This document shows, piece by piece, positions 17,703 to 23,515 of a stretch of 23,515 nt of DNA (its first letter is position 1; every line of letters begins with the position of its first letter). Below the pieces are notes generated by a model. That model was not told the DNA's origin. It ran no database searches and saw only the letters and a list, made by a program, of their open reading frames with translations. The DNA comes from an uncultured archaeon (GTDB lineage Archaea; Asgardarchaeota; Heimdallarchaeia; Heimdallarchaeales; Heimdallarchaeaceae). The position numbers and the translations under genes are program-made. The stretch is from assembly GCA_964534625.1 (NCBI GenBank), contig CAZHRF010000016.1, positions 1 to 23,515 on the forward strand, in the 5' to 3' direction.

Positions 17703-17881
17703 GAAACATCATCTGATTAAATTGTTTTCCTCTCTTGTCTATGCTTTGTAGTGTATCTGTTGTTTATATAGTTTTTCTATTTTGTTGGGCACGTTTAGAA
17801 AAACAGATTCATTTTTTGTTATATATTTAGTCTGCCAATCTTTTTCAGAAATTATTTTAAAAGGTTAAAAAAAGCGTTCTT

Positions 17882-18955
17882 ATGTATGAATCATCTGCAC
17901 CTGCAAGACTTTGTTTATATGGGGAGCATCAAGATTATTTGGGTTTAAATGTTATCCCTTGTGCAATTGATTTGCGGCTTTTCATTCAAGCGTCTGAGAA
18001 GCAGTTTGTAAACAATTTAATAACAGTAAAGAGTTTAGAGTTTCAAAAATCCGTTTCTATACCAGTTAATATAAAAAAACCTTCTTCGACAAAAAATTCA
18101 TTTAAAACATATTTAGAAGCAGGGATGTTGGCAATTAAACAACACCTTGATTTAGATATTATACCTTCTTTTGATGCAATAATTAAAAGTGAAGTGCCTA
18201 TTGAAAGCGGATTATCGAGTTCAGCTGCTTTACTAGTAGCTTGGATTAATTTGTTAAAAAAAATAGTTGGAATTCCTTTAACGCGCAAAGAGATAGCAGA
18301 AATGGCATATGTTGCAGAACATGATATAATGGGAATCCCTTGTGGGCGTATGGACCAATATGCTACTGCTATTGGGGGTGTAATCAAGCTTAATCCAACT
18401 GATCAAGTTGAATATACTAAATTAAAATCTATTCCAGCTAAATTAGTTGTTGTAAATAGTAATATTCCAAAACTTACTAGCTCAGTTCATGGAAAGATAG
18501 TTTCTCAAGTTAAGGAAGCTGTTGATGCCTTTGAAAAATTATTTGGTAAATCAATTTTAAAATCAGAGATTAATGATTTAAAAGAGTCTAAAAAAGAATT
18601 TTCCCCCGAATTATTTTCAAAGATAAAAGCTATTATTTCAATTAAGGAAGCCACGGAAAAGGCTGAAGTAGAGTTGAAAAGAGATACTCCCAATTTAACT
18701 TTGCTAGGTGAATTATTAACTTCACAACAAAAGCATCTCCGAGATGGTATAAAAGTTTCTCTTCCTATCTTGGATAAAATTGTAGAACAAGGGGAATCCA
18801 ATGGAGCATATGGGGGTAAGCTAACTGGTGCAGGATTAGGGGGTTGTGTTGTTCTATTATGTCCTGATGATATCGAGTCTATCTTAAATGCTATAGAAGA
18901 AAAACTGGGATTGCCTTATTGGGTAGTACAAGTTGACAATGAAGGCGTTTTATGA
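17882..18955 (+). CDS. GHMP kinase, galactokinase-like
   Basis: APARLCLYGEHQDY, PIESGLSSSAA, CGRMDQ, GKLTGAGLGG. Confidence 0.85.
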   Translation: MYESSAPARLCLYGEHQDYLGLNVIPCAIDLRLFIQASEKQFVNNLITVKSLEFQKSVSIPVNIKKPSSTKNSFKTYLEAGMLAIKQHLDLDIIPSFDAIIKSEVPIESGLSSSAALLVAWINLLKKIVGIPLTRKEIAEMAYVAEHDIMGIPCGRMDQYATAIGGVIKLNPTDQVEYTKLKSIPAKLVVVNSNIPKLTSSVHGKIVSQVKEAVDAFEKLFGKSILKSEINDLKESKKEFSPELFSKIKAIISIKEATEKAEVELKRDTPNLTLLGELLTSQQKHLRDGIKVSLPILDKIVEQGESNGAYGGKLTGAGLGGCVVLLCPDDIESILNAIEEKLGLPYWVVQVDNEGVL

Positions 18956-19033
18956 ATAATTTTTTAGGATTGTTTTTTATACGTAGAATGCTTAATAGAA
19001 GTCTTTTTCAATATTGAAAAAAAGCTAATCATC

Positions 19034-19843
19034 ATGGAATCTATCACTATAATACCAATTAAATCAAAAAAAATAATTGAACCAACAGACGATTTAGTTA
19101 ATGTTTTATTAGACTCAATTAATGAGTGTGGTTTCACTTTGCAAAATAACGACATAATGGTAATAGCTAGCAAAGTTGTGTCTGTGGTTGAAGGACAAAT
19201 AGTTCGTTTTTCTGATGTTGTTCCATCACCCCTCGCAAAACAGCTCGCCAAAAAAGCTAAAATTCCTCCTGAATTTGCTCAAGTTATTTTGGAAGAATGT
19301 GAGGGTAGATATATTGGTGTTGTACCTGGCGCAATTACAACTATAACAGAACAAGGTCTATTAGCTAATGCTGGGGCAGATCAATCTAACGTTAAAGATA
19401 ATCAAATTATTATCTTACCTAGAGACAGTAAAAAATCTGCTAAATCCATCCATGAGCAAATTCTCCAAAAAACTAACCAATATACTGGAGTGATTATTGC
19501 TGATTCACGAACAATGCCCATGCATTTGGGAACAGTAGGATATGCGTTAGGCACCCATGGGTTTGAACCAGTTTTGGATGTAAGAGGTAAAAAGGATTTG
19601 TTTGGACGATCTATGCACATAACTACACGGGCAATAGCTGATCAACTTGCTACTTCAGCTGAATTGTTGATGGGTGAATCAAACGAGCAAATTCCTTTTG
19701 TTATAATTAGAAATTATCCTATTAAAATAATAGATGATAGTGAAGAGGTAGATATTAATTCTTTAATTCCTTCAGAAAGATGTATGTTTATTGGTCCTCT
19801 ACTGCCATGCATCGCTAATATAAGAGGTGAGGAGGTAATATAA
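19034..19843 (+). CDS. cofE: CofE-family gamma-glutamyl ligase (F420-0:glutamate ligase or FolC2-like folate glutamylase)
   Basis: DIMVIASKVVSVVEG, ANAGADQSN, GVIIADS, DLFGRSMHITTRAIADQLA..AELLMGE; TAATG overlap with folP. Confidence 0.85.
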   Translation: MESITIIPIKSKKIIEPTDDLVNVLLDSINECGFTLQNNDIMVIASKVVSVVEGQIVRFSDVVPSPLAKQLAKKAKIPPEFAQVILEECEGRYIGVVPGAITTITEQGLLANAGADQSNVKDNQIIILPRDSKKSAKSIHEQILQKTNQYTGVIIADSRTMPMHLGTVGYALGTHGFEPVLDVRGKKDLFGRSMHITTRAIADQLATSAELLMGESNEQIPFVIIRNYPIKIIDDSEEVDINSLIPSERCMFIGPLLPCIANIRGEEVI

Positions 19844-20742
19844 TGATTAACGGAAAACTAGGGGCTCTTTCTATTGGAGATAATTATCAATGTTTGATTG
19901 TTGGTGTAGTAAACATTTCTGATGCTTCTTTTTATAGTGGTTCAATTGCTTCTACCAAAAAAGAGATTGAAGAACAAACGCGTAAAATGATTGAGCAAGG
20001 GGCTAAATGTATAGATATTGGTGCTCAATCAACACGACCGATTCAAATATATGGGGGAGAAGGAAGAGTGGATGAACCAACTGAAGAGGAAATGATTAAG
20101 TCCGCATTAGATGTGGTTTTAGATATAACTAGTAGTTATCCTGAAGTAGAAGTTTCTATCGATACAATGCGTTCTAATGTAGCAAGAGTATCATTAAATA
20201 GAGGTATTAAAATAATTAATGATATCTCTGGATTAAAAAAAGATCCATTAATGGCTGATTGTATTGGTGATTTTGGTGCTTCAGTTGTACTTATGGCTGC
20301 TAAAAAAGAACCTGGTGATGTCTATAGATTAAGAGATATAACGACGGAGCTTCAAAAAAGTGTCAATATGGCTGAAAAAGCTTCTATAGCCCCAGAAAAA
20401 ATTACAATTGATCCGGGTATCGGTAGTTGGGAAGCTAGGGATTATTGCCATGATTATAATATAATTAAACACCTTAAGCATTTTAGAATACTAGAAAAAC
20501 CAGTTTATGTGGGAATAAGCAGAAAGACATCTATTGGTAAAATATTAAATGATGCACCCCCTGCTGAAAGATTGTATGGAAGTATTGGAGCTACCATTGT
20601 CAGTGTAATGAATGGTGTTCATGTTGTAAGAACACATGATGTTAAACCAACCCTAGATGCAGTTAGGGTGGCTGAAACTATAATTAACTGGGATAATGAA
20701 GGAGACTTAACTAAAAAAGTGAATGATAAACCACGAAATTAA
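19843..20742 (+). CDS. folP: Dihydropteroate synthase
   Basis: GVVN..SF, DIGAQSTRP, SIDT, INDISG, DPGIG, GISRK, RTHDV; GGAGGT SD at 19831-19836. Confidence 0.9.
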   Translation: MINGKLGALSIGDNYQCLIVGVVNISDASFYSGSIASTKKEIEEQTRKMIEQGAKCIDIGAQSTRPIQIYGGEGRVDEPTEEEMIKSALDVVLDITSSYPEVEVSIDTMRSNVARVSLNRGIKIINDISGLKKDPLMADCIGDFGASVVLMAAKKEPGDVYRLRDITTELQKSVNMAEKASIAPEKITIDPGIGSWEARDYCHDYNIIKHLKHFRILEKPVYVGISRKTSIGKILNDAPPAERLYGSIGATIVSVMNGVHVVRTHDVKPTLDAVRVAETIINWDNEGDLTKKVNDKPRN

Positions 20743-21576
20743 GATGATTACAACAGATAGAATATTTAATATGCTGTATAAAAGCGCTGTTTCTTTGTCA
20801 TATACTATTTTAATTTTATCTAAAATATTTTCTAATTTATTATCGATTGAAACTAAAAATTCTTTTTCTTCGTTTGTTTCAATGGTTTTTTCTTGTGATT
20901 GTTGTAATACGTCAATAAAGCCATGTAGAAGATTTTCATCTGATTCATCTATCTTCTGATGACTGAAACCTTGTAATTTTTTATGTAATATTGCCACTTG
21001 TTCGTTTGACAACTGTGGGATATTCCATCTGATTGTTTTATTAGATCCCATAAATGAAGATATGAAAGTGCTTTGATCATCAATAAAAACATCAAAGTCT
21101 ACAGCTTGATAGTCAATATCATTTATCATTCTAAAAAATTGTAATTCTAAATCATTTTTGTCCATAGTGGTATAATATCTTGAAGGATCAACAACAAGGG
21201 CAACTGCTTTTTGATAAAGATTTTGATAAACCCGTTGTGTTCCTTTATCAGTGCCACTAAGAAAACACCCATAACCAGGATGGCTATGTATCCACCCTAC
21301 AATGGTTTCATTGTCTCTCCCCCTCTTTTGAAGATCCTCAACAATTTGTATAAGCGCATTATCATCCATTACAACAAAGGTCGTAGTTTGTTTTTGTTTT
21401 CCTGTATCAAAATCGGTAATGATAAGTCTCTCTAAATCATCTTCATAGCCAATTAATACTCCTGCTGATTCTGTTGTTCTATCCACTTGATCAACAGCTA
21501 AGAACTTTGCTAAAGCAGTTGTGGATATCATAACCTCTCTTGTTTTTTTCATATCTATAGAATCATTGATGCTCAT
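20707..21576 (-). CDS. MPN+/JAMM metalloprotease (Rpn11-like) with helical linker and C-terminal transmembrane anchor
   Basis: E36 (ESAGVLIG) and GWIHSHPGYGCFLSGTD (H97, H99, S107, D110), ALVVDP; hydrophobic end ALLYSILNILSVVIILISWFIIHFFS. Overlaps the folP 3' end by 36 bp. Confidence 0.88.
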   Translation of the reverse strand: MSINDSIDMKKTREVMISTTALAKFLAVDQVDRTTESAGVLIGYEDDLERLIITDFDTGKQKQTTTFVVMDDNALIQIVEDLQKRGRDNETIVGWIHSHPGYGCFLSGTDKGTQRVYQNLYQKAVALVVDPSRYYTTMDKNDLELQFFRMINDIDYQAVDFDVFIDDQSTFISSFMGSNKTIRWNIPQLSNEQVAILHKKLQGFSHQKIDESDENLLHGFIDVLQQSQEKTIETNEEKEFLVSIDNKLENILDKIKIVYDKETALLYSILNILSVVIILISWFIIHFFS

Positions 21577-21594
21577 TTTATAAATGCATTTCTA

Positions 21595-22800
21595 TTAAGA
21601 TTCATTCATTAACTCAGTAAAAAAAGGTTTTTCGATTAGAAATTTATATGTTAATTCTCTTAATAATACTAAATCAGGATGTTTTGGAGAAACATTCAAG
21701 TTTGTAATCTTGTCGAGATAATCCATCATTCCCCATAAGCCAAAATAATAGTCAATAGGAAAACCTTTGGGATACAATTCATCCAATGGAGGACAATTTA
21801 TCTCCCGTAAGTGGACATTATAGCCATTTAAAAATTGTTGTACGTCGCTAATAGTGTTAAGAAGTGATCTGTTCATTCTATATTCAAGAAAGACCTGTCT
21901 CCCAAAGAAAGTAGCAATATCTTCAAATCTGTCGTAACTACCTTCTAACCAAAAAGTGGGGTCAATTAGGGCTATGGTGATTATTTCATTGTTAGGTGTC
22001 ACACGGAGCATTAAATTACTCTGATGATAATCACCAAAACTATCGCATCCTCCTTGTGAAACTACTGACATGTCTTGTAGAACCTTTACAGATTCCATGA
22101 TAGGCTTTTCTTCTTTAGTACCACCAAAAACTGCAAGAACTAAACGCCTAAACATTTCTTCATAAACTTCTGTCATAACATTCCGTGGTCTCCCTCCATG
22201 AATAATAGCTAAAATGTAACCCGCCCAAAAACTTTTATTTTCTACAGTATTATTATCTTCATAATTTTGACCTGTTATGCCTTCATAGATAATATATGGT
22301 TGTTTATTTTGTGCTATTTTCTCATTTTTTAGATTAACATAAACATATCTTGGTATTTGAACTATTGACCTTGATGCAAATTTTTTTTCAAGCAGTGCTG
22401 TATTCTTTATCTCTGTTACAATATCCTCTCTATCTTGAACATATTTAATTGCTACTTTGCTTATATGCTCGTCATATTCGGATGAGTAAAATATATCAGT
22501 AACATATACTTCTCCAAATCTTCCTGTCCTTTTAACGTAAGAAATATCATTTATTGTAATATCTTGTACATCTTTACCTGTTTTTTTTCTTGCCTCATCC
22601 ACTAAATAATATTTAATAGATGAAGTTATTTCAAACATTGTATTTTTGTTAATAGCACTCATTACAGATAGTACTTCTTTTTTATTATTAAATTTTAAGT
22701 TAGTAAAACAACTCTCTAACCCAATCGTCCCTCTGGTATGGGTTAGACGTTGTATAATTGTGTTTAAAGGACTTTTTTTAAGAATTTCAACTAATCGCAA
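21595..22800 (-). CDS. Protein kinase-like fold phosphotransferase (APH/choline kinase-like)
   Basis: GRFGEVY Gly loop, VAIK, helix-C Glu (TEIKN), YEGITG, LAIIH, catalytic loop FGDYHQSN, ALIDP, EDIA. Start uncertain (TTG 22800 or a later Met). Confidence 0.72.
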   Translation of the reverse strand: MRLVEILKKSPLNTIIQRLTHTRGTIGLESCFTNLKFNNKKEVLSVMSAINKNTMFEITSSIKYYLVDEARKKTGKDVQDITINDISYVKRTGRFGEVYVTDIFYSSEYDEHISKVAIKYVQDREDIVTEIKNTALLEKKFASRSIVQIPRYVYVNLKNEKIAQNKQPYIIYEGITGQNYEDNNTVENKSFWAGYILAIIHGGRPRNVMTEVYEEMFRRLVLAVFGGTKEEKPIMESVKVLQDMSVVSQGGCDSFGDYHQSNLMLRVTPNNEIITIALIDPTFWLEGSYDRFEDIATFFGRQVFLEYRMNRSLLNTISDVQQFLNGYNVHLREINCPPLDELYPKGFPIDYYFGLWGMMDYLDKITNLNVSPKHPDLVLLRELTYKFLIEKPFFTELMNES

Positions 22801-22868
22801 AAACTTAATAAGCTTACGTAAATAGCAAAATAGAGAATCTTTGAATAACTATTTCACGTGTGCTTGCT

Positions 22869-23515
22869 ATGAATCAAAATGACAATCTTTCCAACAATTC
22901 AATAAGTGAGGAAATTAACAAAATAATTGAAATAAGAAATGACCTTCTAAACGACGGTAAGAAAGTACGCGATTTAGAGGATATAATAGATGATCTCGCA
23001 CAATTAAAATCTTTACCAGAATTCCATTTTGATAAAATCAACTTGAATCTACTTGTACAAAAATCATCAGACTTGGCTTCTCTGGAAGATGTTAATGATT
23101 CAAAGATGGATGTGAAAATACCTAAGATTAGTTGGTCTTCAGAAACTATAGCTAATGTATCCCAATTTATTTTTCATATTGCTACTTCAGAGAGTAAAAT
23201 TAGTCAAGATGAAAGATCTTCTGAAATGATGGGGACTAGAAACGAAATAGTAGGAGAACCTGTCGAAGAGCTAAGAAAAGAAATTACTGCTTTAGAAAAG
23301 CGAAAAATGTTCGAAGACAAAACTGTTGTTAAAAGGGAAGCAGAATTTGTGGATAGCGCTCTTGATATGGAAGAAAGGGAAATAATTAGAGATGTAGAAC
23401 CTGAAATAATATCTGAATTTATGCCAGAACTTTCATCCGAACCTGAAGTTACTCCCACACCCGAACCTGAAGTTACTCCCACACCCGAACCTGAAGTTAC
23501 TCCCACACCCGAACC
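22869..23515 (+). CDS. Acidic hypothetical protein with Pro/Glu/Thr tandem repeat, truncated at the window end
   Basis: Manual translation from ATG 22869 is open to the end: MNQNDNLSNNSISEEINKIIEIRNDLLNDG...EPEIISEFMPELSS(EPEVTPTP)x3EP. Absent from the ORF track, presumably because it has no stop codon in the window. Confidence 0.8.
   Translation, partial: MNQNDNLSNNSISEEINKIIEIRNDLLNDGKKVRDLEDIIDDLAQLKSLPEFHFDKINLNLLVQKSSDLASLEDVNDSKMDVKIPKISWSSETIANVSQFIFHIATSESKISQDERSSEMMGTRNEIVGEPVEELRKEITALEKRKMFEDKTVVKREAEFVDSALDMEEREIIRDVEPEIISEFMPELSSEPEVTPTPEPEVTPTPEPEVTPTPE
23437..23515 (+). repeat. Perfect 24-bp coding tandem repeat (CCGAACCTGAAGTTACTCCCACAC), at least 3.3 copies
   Basis: Units at 23437-23460, 23461-23484, 23485-23508 and partial 23509-23515; no spacers; encodes EPEVTPTP. 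Confidence 0.97.

Noticed and set aside
17882-18955. GHMP kinase as beta-RFAP synthase or mevalonate kinase
   Set aside because: GEHQDY and CGRMDQ match the galactokinase-like branch; a specific substrate is not assigned.
1210-21435. Short overlapping ORFs in the track (e.g. 1210-1437, 2122-2334, 6608-6841, 7703-8017, 8693-8899, 9487-9894, 10257-10652, 18043-18387, 21211-21435)
   Set aside because: They lie antisense to or overlap well-supported genes or the C/D RNA, and show no motifs.
23204-23506. Minus-strand 100-aa ORF (GVTSGSGV repeats)
   Set aside because: Antisense shadow of the longer plus-strand ORF starting at 22869.
23437-23515. 24-bp direct repeats as a CRISPR array
   Set aside because: Units are contiguous with no spacers, are in frame within an ORF, and no cas genes are present.

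Overview
AT-rich (roughly 30% GC by eye), gene-dense archaeal window with no mobile elements, CRISPR array, tRNA or rRNA. Archaeal origin is shown by archaeal-type pheS/pheT, stand-alone kae1 and bud32, 2-phosphoglycerate kinase homologues and a box C/D RNA. An Rpn11-like JAMM protein and many orphan membrane proteins suggest an Asgard (Heimdallarchaeia-like) source, but that is inference. About 22 CDSs are supported, including a 3'-truncated ORF at 22869 missing from the ORF track. Main points: (1) a cobalamin-binding radical SAM gene wedged between the KEOPS genes kae1 and bud32, a candidate t6A37 hypermodifying methylase such as t6A to hn6A; (2) an unannotated box C/D guide sRNA at 8690-8756; (3) a tail-anchored Rpn11-like JAMM protease co-oriented with a kinase-fold gene; (4) a GcvH-fold protein lacking the lipoyl lysine, with an acidic Trp-terminated tail; (5) head-to-head 2-phosphoglycerate kinase paralogues, one apparently degenerate; (6) a coupled cofE-like/folP pair suggesting an alternative folate glutamylation enzyme; (7) structured RNA candidates upstream of pheS and at the window start. 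All family calls come from motif recognition by eye; no searches were run.
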